IMG/VR virus record: IMGVR_UViG_3300009426_001061
Coordinates: 1 to 37,747 of that record
Origin: a virus
Taxonomy: Duplodnaviria; Caudoviricetes
Direction: 5' to 3' (one strand)
Length of the DNA stretch: 37,747 nucleotides
Shown here: one piece after another, positions 15,817 through 25,079 of the stretch
Layout: each line of letters opens with the position of its first letter
Position numbering within the stretch: the first letter of the stretch is position 1
Translations under genes and position numbers: made by a program
Notes under the pieces: generated by a model
Database searches by the model: none
What the model was told of the DNA's origin: nothing
The model's input: the letters and a program-made list of their open reading frames with translations, nothing else

Positions 15817-17331
15817 TTAACCTTTATAGTATGAATCCCTATTTTTTATTTTTAAAAAGTAATCATCAAGGAAATCTACATACACCTCCGCTCTTGAATA
15901 TTCTGAGTCTTTAAATCGAGCATTAGTTAAGCATTTTACCCCTGCGCCATATGCACCGATCCCCTTAACATCCTCCCACACACAAGAGTTTTTATATGTA
16001 AGCTCTTTGTAAAAAGAACCGTCTGGTGATATAAGATATACAGCATAACCAGTAGCTTCTGGAGAGGTCTTCCAAGAAAGAAGAAGGTCTGTTGAATCTT
16101 CTTTATTAATTTTTTTTAAATTTACATTACTAACTGGATCAACTTCTATTGGGGCAAAAGATTGTTCAGTATTGGTTTCATCTGCCACGCTAATATCTAG
16201 ATCTACTTGAGCATCAATCATTGGTTTTAAAAGCCTATCCGTTAGAACTTTTATATATTTTTTTGTTATTATAGAATAATCAACCCACTTAAAAGCGTTC
16301 AATGCTGAAAAAAAATATCTATAAATTTCTTGAATCCTTTTATTTTGATATAAAATCTCTTCAACAAAAGAAGTATATAAAAGCCTAGCAAAAAATAAAG
16401 GTAAAACAATATCCATCATTTTATAAAAATCTTTATGTAGCTGTTCTTCTTCAACCTCCGTGGCTATGGCATAATTTTTTATAAGATCATCAAAACTGGA
16501 TTTTTTGAAACCTCCCTGTAAACAAACCCAACAAATGTCAAACATTGAATTGCCAGAAAAAGCAAAACCAACGTCGGTAAACTTAAAAAGATCGTTTTTA
16601 AAAATAATTTTTTCATTACTCAAGAGTCCGTGGCACGTTTCACCCTTATTAAAGAATTCTTCATCGTAAATTCCCAACATAAACTTTTCAAAAGTTCTCA
16701 TTATAATAAAAAAATAAAGTTTTATTTCTGTTTTTTTTTCTTTATCCGTCCAATCGAGTATGTCTGGGAAATCTGAACTCTTTTCTTCTAGTTTATTAAT
16801 AGCGTCTTCGTATTCATAAATAACTGAAGGCCTTAATATCGAATTGAAATAATCTAAAAAAGTTTTTTTTGATTTAATTTCTTTAAAGTTTAAAATAGCA
16901 AAAATAAAAGAGTCTTTATGTTCTAAAAAAGCAGATCTTCCTAATTCAAGGAAATCGACTGCGTCTTCTTTTGTCGAAATTAAATATAGAAATGTTACAC
17001 CTTTTGATCTATGAACTCCAGAGTCAACATAAGAGTTGCAACATAAGGGTTTTTCCTCTTTAAGTATTCTAGTCTCGTTTAATATTTCAGCACATCCTAT
17101 ATCGTAAGATAGTTTAATTATAAATTTTTGATTGGTATTTTTATTTTCTACTATATAAGAATCAAAATTTTCATTTTCTTCATTAAAGTACATTTTCGAA
17201 ACAACAAAATCATCAATGCTTTTTTTTATTATTTGTTCTGTGATTTTATACAAAGATTCATAATCCTCGTAGTCCATCTCCGTAACGGTAGAAAGCTGGT
17301 TTTTATTCTTTAGTAAACGTGAAGCATCCAT
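15817..17331 (-). CDS. APH/choline-kinase-like (pseudo)kinase with C-terminal fibronectin type III domain
   Basis: FIIKLS...ILNE, TCHGLLSNEKII (HGD...N degenerate), KFTDVGFA...MFDI; C-terminal PVSNVNL...LLLSWKTSPEATGYAVYL...GAYGAGVKC. Confidence 0.7.
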   Translation of the reverse strand: MDASRLLKNKNQLSTVTEMDYEDYESLYKITEQIIKKSIDDFVVSKMYFNEENENFDSYIVENKNTNQKFIIKLSYDIGCAEILNETRILKEEKPLCCNSYVDSGVHRSKGVTFLYLISTKEDAVDFLELGRSAFLEHKDSFIFAILNFKEIKSKKTFLDYFNSILRPSVIYEYEDAINKLEEKSSDFPDILDWTDKEKKTEIKLYFFIIMRTFEKFMLGIYDEEFFNKGETCHGLLSNEKIIFKNDLFKFTDVGFAFSGNSMFDICWVCLQGGFKKSSFDDLIKNYAIATEVEEEQLHKDFYKMMDIVLPLFFARLLYTSFVEEILYQNKRIQEIYRYFFSALNAFKWVDYSIITKKYIKVLTDRLLKPMIDAQVDLDISVADETNTEQSFAPIEVDPVSNVNLKKINKEDSTDLLLSWKTSPEATGYAVYLISPDGSFYKELTYKNSCVWEDVKGIGAYGAGVKCLTNARFKDSEYSRAEVYVDFLDDYFLKIKNRDSYYKG

Positions 17332-17337
17332 TTTGTT

Positions 17338-17365
17338 ATTATAGTGTATAGATATTTCTTTTCAA
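17338..17365 (-). promoter_or_regulatory. Sigma70-like promoter, probably leaderless
   Basis: TTGAAA-N16-TATAAT, 6 nt before ATG 17331. Confidence 0.65.
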
Positions 17366-17370
17366 GAAAT

Positions 17371-17402
17371 AAAAAACGGCACACTATAAGTGTACCGTTT
17401 TT
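17371..17402 (-). terminator. Rho-independent terminator (possibly bidirectional)
   Basis: Minus strand AAAAACGGTACACT-TAT-AGTGTGCCGTTTTTT: hairpin with one G-U pair plus U tract, downstream of the 75-aa gene. Confidence 0.8.
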
Positions 17403-17429
17403 GTATTATTATTTTGGGTTTTTGAATAC

Positions 17430-17657
17430 TTAGGAAATAGCTCCGATCTTAACATCACTAAACTTAAGACCAGCAAGGCTTGTTTTGGCAAGCTTTCGTT
17501 TGTATTTGGCGTTGCGGTCATAAACAGTAACATACTCAGGGCTTTCGGATACAAACTGTGCATTGAGGGACTCTCCAGCTTTGGTATATAAGCCAAAAAA
17601 GCGTCCTTTGCTTGTTCGTATTGCTTTCATGATTTTGTTTTGTTTTGCTTTTGTCAT
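17430..17657 (-). CDS. Small basic protein with Sm/Hfq-like (or other SH3-like barrel) pattern
   Basis: Helix then FFGLYTKAG-ESLNAQFVS-ESPEYVTVYD-KRKLAKTSLAGL; has its own promoter and terminator. Confidence 0.55.
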   Translation of the reverse strand: MTKAKQNKIMKAIRTSKGRFFGLYTKAGESLNAQFVSESPEYVTVYDRNAKYKRKLAKTSLAGLKFSDVKIGAIS

Positions 17658-17665
17658 ATACTTGT

Positions 17666-17694
17666 ATATTAACTTACATTTATACTGTTGTCAA
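17666..17694 (-). promoter_or_regulatory. Sigma70-like promoter inside the 3' end of the clp gene
   Basis: TTGACA-N17-TAATAT, 8 nt before ATG 17657. Confidence 0.7.
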
Positions 17695-20125
17695 TGTTTT
17701 TTATCGTTATTTGTGACTTTTTGGAATTTTTTATCATTATCTTAGCCACTGGCACCTGTATTTTATCCCTTGTATATTTTTTAATATCTCTGGCATGTAG
17801 GTTTTTTGTTTTCAGTTGATTAAAAATCAAATCAATTGTGGATTTTTTGAAATTAAGTTCAATATTCTTTATGAAAAGCGTAGATTTTATTTTATTAAGT
17901 TCATGTAATATAATTCTTTTCATGTCTGAATCAGAAAGATCTTCGAAAACCAATACTTCATTTATTCTGGCTAGTAGTTCTGGTTTTAGTTCTTTCTTAA
18001 CCGAGTCCTTATAGGAGTTTTCTTTTGTCTCTATATCTTGAACAAAACCCATGCTTTTTTTAGATGCTTTTTTGTGTCCTATATTACTAGTTAATATAAC
18101 TATAGATTTAGAAAAATCTATTTTTTCATGTTTACCATCCTCTATGTAACCCTCATCTAAAAGGTGAAGTAATAAGTTTAAAATTTGAGGGTCGGCTTTT
18201 TCTATTTCATCAAAAAGAACTACGCAATTAGGGTTTTCTTTTACGAATTTTGTAAGGATTCCTCCGTCTTCATATCCAACATAACCAGAATTAGAGCCTA
18301 TGAGCTTACTTATCCCCGTTTTGTCATAAAGTTCACTCATGTTTATTTGTATAATGGATTTCTCATTACCAAAAAAGTGTTTTGCTATTTTCTTGGCCGC
18401 GTATGTTTTGCCTACACTTGTAGGACCAACAAAGAACATGCTAGCTAAGGGTTTGTCGCCTTCTGTCAAGCCAGCTTTAGCACAAAAAAGAAGATCATTT
18501 ATGTCGTGTAGTGTTTTATCTTGACCAAAAACTTCTTGAGACATTCTTTTGAAAAAAGAAGAGAATCCCTGATTGCTGTTTTTTATTTGATCTACAGAGA
18601 TATTGCTATGCTCGGAGATAGTTTCAATTACATCAAGTTTTTTCACATTAATAGATTTTAAATTTATACTGGAATTTAAATTATCAAGCTCGCTGATGAA
18701 GTTTTTAAATTTAGACTTTATAACATTTACGTCATCTTTGCTTTCGGCTAAACATTTTATAAAATCATTATGGGATTTAACAACGACAGTTGATTTTTTT
18801 GAATTTTTGATTTTAATTCTTGCTCCAGTTTGATCTATTATGTCAAAAGCTTTATCTGGAAATTTTTTATGACTAATTATTCTATCTGAAAGATCTACGA
18901 CACAATCAACAACAGACTTACTAAACTTAACATTATGAAATTTTTCGTATTTATGCTTGCAATTATAAATTATTCTTTTCGTCTCTTCTATGCTTGGTTC
19001 TTCTACTTTAATGTTGTAAAACCTTCTTTTCATGGCAACGTCTTTTGAAAAGATTTTTTGAAATTCTTGTGATGTAGTAGTTCCTATACATTTTATTTCA
19101 CCCTTAGCTAGCATGGGTTTCATCATATTGGCTACATCCAAACCTCCTTCTTGATTTGTGCCAGCTCCAAATATAGTATGAATTTCATCAAAAAACAATA
19201 TGATTTGTTTATTTTCTTTGACAATGTTTAAAAGTTTTTTTAACTTTTCTTCTAACTGACCTCTATATTGTGTCCCAGCTAACATTTCGCCAACATTAAC
19301 GCTCCAAATTTCGAATCCAAAAAGATTCGCTGGCACATCTCCTTTACATATTTTCTCAACCAGAGCTTCAACTATCGTGGTTTTACCAACCCCAGATTCC
19401 CCAGTTAATATAGCGTTGCTTTTATTCTTTTTTGAGAGAGTCTCTATCAAGAGTTTAATCTCTTCGTCTCTGCCAAAAACACTAGGCAACTTACCTTCTG
19501 AATAGGATTGATTTAAATTAGTTATGAAATCTATATTTGTTTCTTTCCCAAAAGCTATATCGTTTAAATCTTTATCCTCATCAGTTATGTTTTCATCTAA
19601 AAAGTTTTGAATAAAATCTAAATCATTTGGTTTGTTTAAGTCAAAATCAAAATCTCCGTTAATGAAACTTTTTACAGAAGACTTCAAGCTTTTAATATTA
19701 AAAGGTTTTTGTGTTATTTTTTCAAAAATATAAGGAGATGTTATTAGCAAACTCAAAAAAATATGTTCAATACCTATATAATATTGATCTAAATTATGTG
19801 ATATTTTGTTTGCTTCTTTTATAGTTTCCAAAACTTCTTCATGCCAAGGATCAGATCTTTCACTTGAATAAAATTTATCGTTATTGTAAAGCTCTTTTTT
19901 CTTTATATCATTTAACAAAAGTTTTGCCTCAACTTCGAAGCCTTCGCTCAACAATACAAAACTAAATTGAGGGAATATATTCTTTATACAGCCATAAAGA
20001 ACATGTAGATTATTTACATTTTTGTCTCCTATTGATTTTGAAGCATCATAAGCATCCTTATAAGCTTTTTTTGCTCTAGGAGTAAGGTTGAAGTCTTTAA
20101 ATATCACGCTATTATATACACTCAT
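17669..20125 (-). CDS. clpC: ClpA/ClpC-family AAA+ unfoldase
   Basis: Clp-N repeats (YIGIEHIFLSLL), GRDEEI, Walker A GESGVGKT, GTQYRGQLEEKL, FFDEIHT, DKAFDIID, second Walker A GPTSVGKT, LFDEIEKA, MGF loop. Confidence 0.88.
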   Translation of the reverse strand: MSVYNSVIFKDFNLTPRAKKAYKDAYDASKSIGDKNVNNLHVLYGCIKNIFPQFSFVLLSEGFEVEAKLLLNDIKKKELYNNDKFYSSERSDPWHEEVLETIKEANKISHNLDQYYIGIEHIFLSLLITSPYIFEKITQKPFNIKSLKSSVKSFINGDFDFDLNKPNDLDFIQNFLDENITDEDKDLNDIAFGKETNIDFITNLNQSYSEGKLPSVFGRDEEIKLLIETLSKKNKSNAILTGESGVGKTTIVEALVEKICKGDVPANLFGFEIWSVNVGEMLAGTQYRGQLEEKLKKLLNIVKENKQIILFFDEIHTIFGAGTNQEGGLDVANMMKPMLAKGEIKCIGTTTSQEFQKIFSKDVAMKRRFYNIKVEEPSIEETKRIIYNCKHKYEKFHNVKFSKSVVDCVVDLSDRIISHKKFPDKAFDIIDQTGARIKIKNSKKSTVVVKSHNDFIKCLAESKDDVNVIKSKFKNFISELDNLNSSINLKSINVKKLDVIETISEHSNISVDQIKNSNQGFSSFFKRMSQEVFGQDKTLHDINDLLFCAKAGLTEGDKPLASMFFVGPTSVGKTYAAKKIAKHFFGNEKSIIQINMSELYDKTGISKLIGSNSGYVGYEDGGILTKFVKENPNCVVLFDEIEKADPQILNLLLHLLDEGYIEDGKHEKIDFSKSIVILTSNIGHKKASKKSMGFVQDIETKENSYKDSVKKELKPELLARINEVLVFEDLSDSDMKRIILHELNKIKSTLFIKNIELNFKKSTIDLIFNQLKTKNLHARDIKKYTRDKIQVPVAKIMIKNSKKSQITIKNIDNSINVS

Positions 20126-22665
20126 TTTAGTTCAGATAGTTTCATATAGATTTTTTCTTCTATTGTTTCAATTTTATCAATAAATAAAATATCATCTCCA
20201 ACAGTACCAGTTATTATAGATACGTTACCCTTCTTTGGTAGTTTTTTACCAGAGTTCAGGTATTCTGTCAATCTTTCTTCTCTGCTTGAGTCAAGAAATA
20301 AACCACAGATAGGCCCCAGCTCGTCTTGCATTTCTATCCTAGCATACTTGTTTCCGTTTCTACTTGTTCTTTTAGTCACATCTACAACGTCACCAACAAA
20401 CTTAACTCTAGTTCGTTCTGGTGAGTTTCTAATTTCTTCAGAGGTTCTAAATGATGCCGAGTCTCCAATCGAAAAAATTTCCCTGATATTGTAAGAGTAG
20501 CTATAACCAAGTAATTGTGTTTCAAAATACCAGTTAGCAAATTTTATATGACTAGAGTTTAGTTCATAAATCTTTTTATACTGGTCGTATTTCTTTTTGA
20601 ATGTGTTAAATCTTCTGTCAGCAAAAAGAATTCTGCCATCATCAGCTGGTGCGCTCTCACTTCTGCAGTTATGAATTGTATTCAATATATCATAATCAAA
20701 TTTAATTCCCATTTGTATTACGTTTCTTTTTTCTCTGTCTGTTAGTATGTTGAAACTCTGAGCCTCTAAAACTAAACGACAACGATCCGAAGAAACAAAT
20801 GAATCAAGAAGTCCAGCTTGAATAAACGCCGACATAGTACCAATGTTTACCCCGCAGTCTTTAGCAGCAATAAATATATCGTATTTATTTTCAAAACTAT
20901 TCTCTCTAAAATCTATAAGGGATTCTATGACCTTGTCAGAAACGCCCTTAATAGAATTTAATCCATATCGAATGTTTTCACCTTCAATTTTAAAATCAAA
21001 ATTAGAAAGATTTAAATCTGGTGGCAATAATTTGATACCAAAAAACGAAAGTTCTTGAGAAATTTTTGCTATTTCTTCGTGAGAGTTAGGTTCAAACCTA
21101 GACATTTTCAACAAACTCAAAAAGAACTCTTTCGGGTGGTTGAATTTAAGATATACTGTAATAGCTGCCAAGTATGCATAAGATATACTATGAGATTTGT
21201 TAAAAGAATAATTTGCGGAATCCTCTGCCACCTTCCATAAAACTTCACCAATAACAGGATCTAGTTTTCTGTCTTTAATCTTAGCTTCAATTTTAGCTTT
21301 CCAAGCTGGCATATCCTCAACCTTCTTCTTACCAACTATTCTCCTAAGTTGTTCTGATTCATCTAAACTAAAACCAACCTTAACAGCCATCTTCATCAAC
21401 TGCTCTTGATAGAGCGGGATTCCTCCAGTATAGCTAAGAATATCATCGAAGAACTCATGTACACAATTAAAATTGCCAGTCCTAACATAATCAGCATACA
21501 TATCCTTAAAGTCTAGAGCTCCAGGTCTTGCTATAGCAACTACAGCGGAGAGTTGCTCTAAGTTTCTTGGGGCCACTTGTTTGCAAACCTTAAAGTTCGT
21601 TTCCGCCTCGATCTGGAACAAACCCTTGGGTTGTTGAATACAAGATAACGCAGCATAAATGCTTTTGTCTCCAGGATCAATATCAGAGGCTTTAATACCT
21701 AATTGGCTACAGGTGTCATGGACCACAGAAAGCGTCCTCAAACCGAGTATATCGAACTTAACACTAAGGCTCGCTACATCATCCATATCATAACCAGAAA
21801 CTAAGCCCCCATCGTTTGTTTTTTGCAAGGGCATTATGTCCTCTTGTTTATAATAGCTAATTGAAATACCAGAAGGGTGAACTCCTGTGTTTTTAATTAA
21901 CCCTTCTAATTTATGGGCAATCTTAAAAGACTTCTTATGTATGTCGGCAAACTTTCTAAAGGCTTCGCTTTCTTCGTAAGCCACATCTAGCTTGGCAACC
22001 TTGCCAAAATGCTTTGGTATGGTATCACTGATTTGATTTACATCTATTTCGGATAACTCACCAACAATCTTACCGCACTCTTTCATACAGAGCTTGGAGC
22101 TTAGTGTGTTAAGGGTTAATATTTTCGATGTTTTACCTTCGTACTTATTCTCAATATACTTAATAACTTCAATCCTCCTATCATAAGAAATATCATTATC
22201 AATGTCAGCAAGTAGAGAACCGTCAAGAAAGACTTCTCCATTATGCTCAATTTTTTTGGCTCTGCTTTTAGAGACGAATCTCTCAAAAAATAATTCATAT
22301 TTAATAGGGTCAATGTTTGTTACACCAAGAAGAAAAAGTACCAAGCTGCCAGCTGCACTTCCCCTGCCAGCACCCGTTGGGATGCCACTTCTTTTGCAGT
22401 AATCCATAATATCCCAGTTAAGTAGTATATAGTCTACAAAACCAAGATCGTTTAAAATGTTAATTTCCATCTGAACCCGATCATAATAATCTTTTCTGTT
22501 ATCGGCTTCGATGAGAAGCTTATCTCTAAGGCCCTTTCTACAAAGCTGCTTCAAGATTTCTAAGCTAGAGCTTCCGTGCTTTAAACCAAGGGATTCTAGC
22601 GTGTCGTCTGGTACGATAATCTCTGGCAACTTAACGCCTACTGGAAATGGGTTTTTATATCTCAT
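20122..22665 (-). CDS. dnaE: DNA polymerase III alpha (DnaE) core lacking the PHP domain
   Basis: GAGRGSAAGSLV, LFFERF, ADIDND, GVHPSG, KFDILGL, YQEQLM, YSFNKSHS, IRYGLNSIKGV, C-terminal OB fold. Confidence 0.95.
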   Translation of the reverse strand: MRYKNPFPVGVKLPEIIVPDDTLESLGLKHGSSSLEILKQLCRKGLRDKLLIEADNRKDYYDRVQMEINILNDLGFVDYILLNWDIMDYCKRSGIPTGAGRGSAAGSLVLFLLGVTNIDPIKYELFFERFVSKSRAKKIEHNGEVFLDGSLLADIDNDISYDRRIEVIKYIENKYEGKTSKILTLNTLSSKLCMKECGKIVGELSEIDVNQISDTIPKHFGKVAKLDVAYEESEAFRKFADIHKKSFKIAHKLEGLIKNTGVHPSGISISYYKQEDIMPLQKTNDGGLVSGYDMDDVASLSVKFDILGLRTLSVVHDTCSQLGIKASDIDPGDKSIYAALSCIQQPKGLFQIEAETNFKVCKQVAPRNLEQLSAVVAIARPGALDFKDMYADYVRTGNFNCVHEFFDDILSYTGGIPLYQEQLMKMAVKVGFSLDESEQLRRIVGKKKVEDMPAWKAKIEAKIKDRKLDPVIGEVLWKVAEDSANYSFNKSHSISYAYLAAITVYLKFNHPKEFFLSLLKMSRFEPNSHEEIAKISQELSFFGIKLLPPDLNLSNFDFKIEGENIRYGLNSIKGVSDKVIESLIDFRENSFENKYDIFIAAKDCGVNIGTMSAFIQAGLLDSFVSSDRCRLVLEAQSFNILTDREKRNVIQMGIKFDYDILNTIHNCRSESAPADDGRILFADRRFNTFKKKYDQYKKIYELNSSHIKFANWYFETQLLGYSYSYNIREIFSIGDSASFRTSEEIRNSPERTRVKFVGDVVDVTKRTSRNGNKYARIEMQDELGPICGLFLDSSREERLTEYLNSGKKLPKKGNVSIITGTVGDDILFIDKIETIEEKIYMKLSELK

Positions 22666-23294
22666 AGTTCAATGTCGTAAAGTTGTTTGTGAAATATCTC
22701 AAAGTTCATTTCAATATCGTAAAGAGCATCATGCAACCTTTTGGGGTCAAAGTCAATCTCATATTTTTTAAGCAGGGTTAATTGAGATGTTTTTAATCCT
22801 CTTTCCCTGTGGTTTAACCACCTATACTGCCAGTATATAAAATCTTTTTTATCAACAGGTGACTCTTTAACTATCGCTGTTGCTATAGCTTTTGTATCGA
22901 TAATCCTGTTTATGTAATCCTGTAACAAGGGTTCACCAATAAGTTTCCTCCACACATCTATCATATATACATCAAAGCCAAGAAGGTTTTGGCCGACAAT
23001 TTTGTAAGAATCATCATATAAATACTTTGAAAATTCTTGCCAAACTTTCTTTGGGTCTTCGGCATTCTTCTCGTAATGAGATTGGCTAAACCCAGTAATC
23101 CTTGCCGCATCTTTTGACACATTTAAATCATCCCAATATATAAGTTTGTCGTATTTCTTAATAATTTTGTTGCCTTGGGCTACAATCCAAGCAGCTTGCC
23201 ATGGCTTTGACTTTACTAAATTTAAACCCTCGGTCTCGGTATCAAAAATTATATACTTTTGATTTCTATTGTATCTCAATAAATCGCTGTTCAT
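22662..23294 (-). CDS. dnaQ: DEDDh 3'-5' exonuclease (DnaQ/epsilon-like)
   Basis: ExoI FDTETEG, ExoII GQNLLGFD, ExoIII LHDALYD. Confidence 0.9.
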   Translation of the reverse strand: MNSDLLRYNRNQKYIIFDTETEGLNLVKSKPWQAAWIVAQGNKIIKKYDKLIYWDDLNVSKDAARITGFSQSHYEKNAEDPKKVWQEFSKYLYDDSYKIVGQNLLGFDVYMIDVWRKLIGEPLLQDYINRIIDTKAIATAIVKESPVDKKDFIYWQYRWLNHRERGLKTSQLTLLKKYEIDFDPKRLHDALYDIEMNFEIFHKQLYDIEL

Positions 23295-24007
23295 TACTTG
23301 GTGTTCTCTAAATAAGATTCAAAACAGAACTCGTCACTAGAGAAGTGGTTTAAGTTAGGGCAAGATAATGTCGCTTGTCTACCAAAGCTTCTGTTGCAAA
23401 GTATTTTATATGTTTGCAAAGCCTCTACATCTTCTTTGTTTTTATAATATATAGACTTAACAAAACTTACAGGATAATTACCACTAGTAAACTCTATTAC
23501 TTTTTGCTCAATAAGTTTATCATATGGAAGGTTGTTCTTCTCTATCCAGAACCTGGGATTTAAATCCTTCATATCTGGTATACAGTTTTTTAAGAAAAGG
23601 TTATTTTGATGTATGAAGCTGTCGTAAAATGGGACAATAAAAGAAAGAGAATCCTTATCCCAAAAAGACCTAAGCTCTTCGTAAGTTATCCTGCCGTCAT
23701 TATCCACAAAGGCTTTTGAATAGATCTTATTCATCAACTTACAGCCCTTGTCATCCAAGGCAAAGACAACACACTTATGATCTGAATCTTTACTATCAAC
23801 AGAATTACACAAAGTTATTCTTAATCCATAAGTCAAATCTATTTCGTTTTTTGAACAAGCACGAAAAGCCTTCATAAAACTTGTTAAATTATCTTCAACT
23901 AAAGTTAAAGATTTAAAATTTTTATCCTTACATATCTGAATAATGCTATCAATAGTTAGTATGCTTTTACCTATTGAATATGTAGACTTAAAAATGGGTT
24001 TCATCAC
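23294..24007 (-). CDS. Stand-alone degenerate PHP domain of DnaE
   Basis: FKSTYSIGKS (for HxHxxYSLLDG), LVEDNLTSF, YGLRI, VVFALDDKGCKLMNKIYSKA, FWIE, SIYYKNKED. Confidence 0.88.
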   Translation of the reverse strand: MMKPIFKSTYSIGKSILTIDSIIQICKDKNFKSLTLVEDNLTSFMKAFRACSKNEIDLTYGLRITLCNSVDSKDSDHKCVVFALDDKGCKLMNKIYSKAFVDNDGRITYEELRSFWDKDSLSFIVPFYDSFIHQNNLFLKNCIPDMKDLNPRFWIEKNNLPYDKLIEQKVIEFTSGNYPVSFVKSIYYKNKEDVEALQTYKILCNRSFGRQATLSCPNLNHFSSDEFCFESYLENTK

Positions 24008-24013
24008 AACACA

Positions 24014-24041
24014 ATGATACCAAAAATATATGATACGTCAA
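24014..24041 (-). promoter_or_regulatory. Sigma70-like promoter for the polymerase-clp unit
   Basis: TTGACG-N16-TATCAT with TG extension, 6 nt before GTG 24007. Confidence 0.65.
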
Positions 24042-24056
24042 GAACAATGTTTAGTA

Positions 24057-25079
24057 TTATCTATGAGCAGGACACCCAGCGTAGTGTTTTAGTTCATAAG
24101 AGCCTCCATCTGGGATCATATCTTCAGAAAACTCATCATCAAAACAAGATTTATGAAAATTACCTTCAGAGTCTTTAATCTCATAATAAAAGAAATCAAA
24201 TTTCATACCACAGTGCCACATAGGGGTCCCGTCTTTTTTAAGCTGACCTTTTTCTTTGGCAAAACCACACAAAAGCTTACAGCTAAAAGAACCGTCGCTA
24301 GGAAAGCCCTTATATGCGGCCATGTTTTTTGTTGCCATGCCTTCTGTAAAGTTGTCTAGATAGTGTTGCATCTCTGTAAGATGATGTTCAAAACCATGAA
24401 GGTCATGCTCGTCAAGAGGCTCCATTCTTATCACTCCACTTTTTTTAATATCTGGAATTAAGTCAAACTTAAGAAACAAAAATTCGCTTTGTTTTGTTTC
24501 GTACTCTGGGAACATGTGCTTTACCGCCAAGCTATACATAAGATCCTGCATATTGTCTTCTGCATCTTTACCTTTAAAGGTCTCCTTGCTGGTTTTAAAA
24601 TCCCTAATTAATGCAAAGTTTTTATCTTTATAAAGAAATAGTTTATCAATAAAACCTCTAATTTTATATTTAACGACACCGTCGTTTACAACAATATGAA
24701 AATCTTTTTCAGAATGCTCTTCGGTTGGTTCTCCTTCTTTGTCACCAAAAAAATCATACATCAAACCATTAAGAGTCATCTCTTTCATCATTCTAATGTT
24801 ATCTTCATCATCAATACCCTCTTTTATCGCATGTTTAAACATGAGCCTTTTGATTGATGGGACACTAAAGATGTCAAGTGTTCTAATTATTTCATCAAAA
24901 TAATGCCTCCTGTTTTTTTCGCCTAGAAGTTCAAATATCAAATGGCAAATAGAACCTCTTCTCGCTCCATCATTACTTCTGTCTGGAAGTTTAAGTTTGT
25001 ACTTCGTCCAATACAACCAAGAACAACTCTCGGCAGTTTTGATTCTACTTGCAGATAGCGGGGTTTGTGGTTCACTCAT
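24057..25079 (-). CDS. PD-(D/E)XK nuclease (AddB/RecB-like), possible Fe-S staple
   Basis: LSASRI...C, RGSICH, SEKDF, IRGFIDKL, IRDFKTSK, QDLMY; C-terminal Cys cluster. Confidence 0.88.
   Translation of the reverse strand: MSEPQTPLSASRIKTAESCSWLYWTKYKLKLPDRSNDGARRGSICHLIFELLGEKNRRHYFDEIIRTLDIFSVPSIKRLMFKHAIKEGIDDEDNIRMMKEMTLNGLMYDFFGDKEGEPTEEHSEKDFHIVVNDGVVKYKIRGFIDKLFLYKDKNFALIRDFKTSKETFKGKDAEDNMQDLMYSLAVKHMFPEYETKQSEFLFLKFDLIPDIKKSGVIRMEPLDEHDLHGFEHHLTEMQHYLDNFTEGMATKNMAAYKGFPSDGSFSCKLLCGFAKEKGQLKKDGTPMWHCGMKFDFFYYEIKDSEGNFHKSCFDDEFSEDMIPDGGSYELKHYAGCPAHR

Noticed and set aside
17669-20125. ClpB disaggregase
   Set aside because: The middle region is short and an MGF ClpP-docking-type loop is present, favouring ClpA/C.
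20122-24007. Split intein joining the DnaE halves
   Set aside because: No intein N-terminal (C/S start block) or C-terminal (HN-C/S/T) motifs at the fragment ends.
24057-25079. Cas4 of a CRISPR-Cas system
   Set aside because: No array or other cas genes; the context is the replication operon, so an AddB-like exonuclease is more likely.
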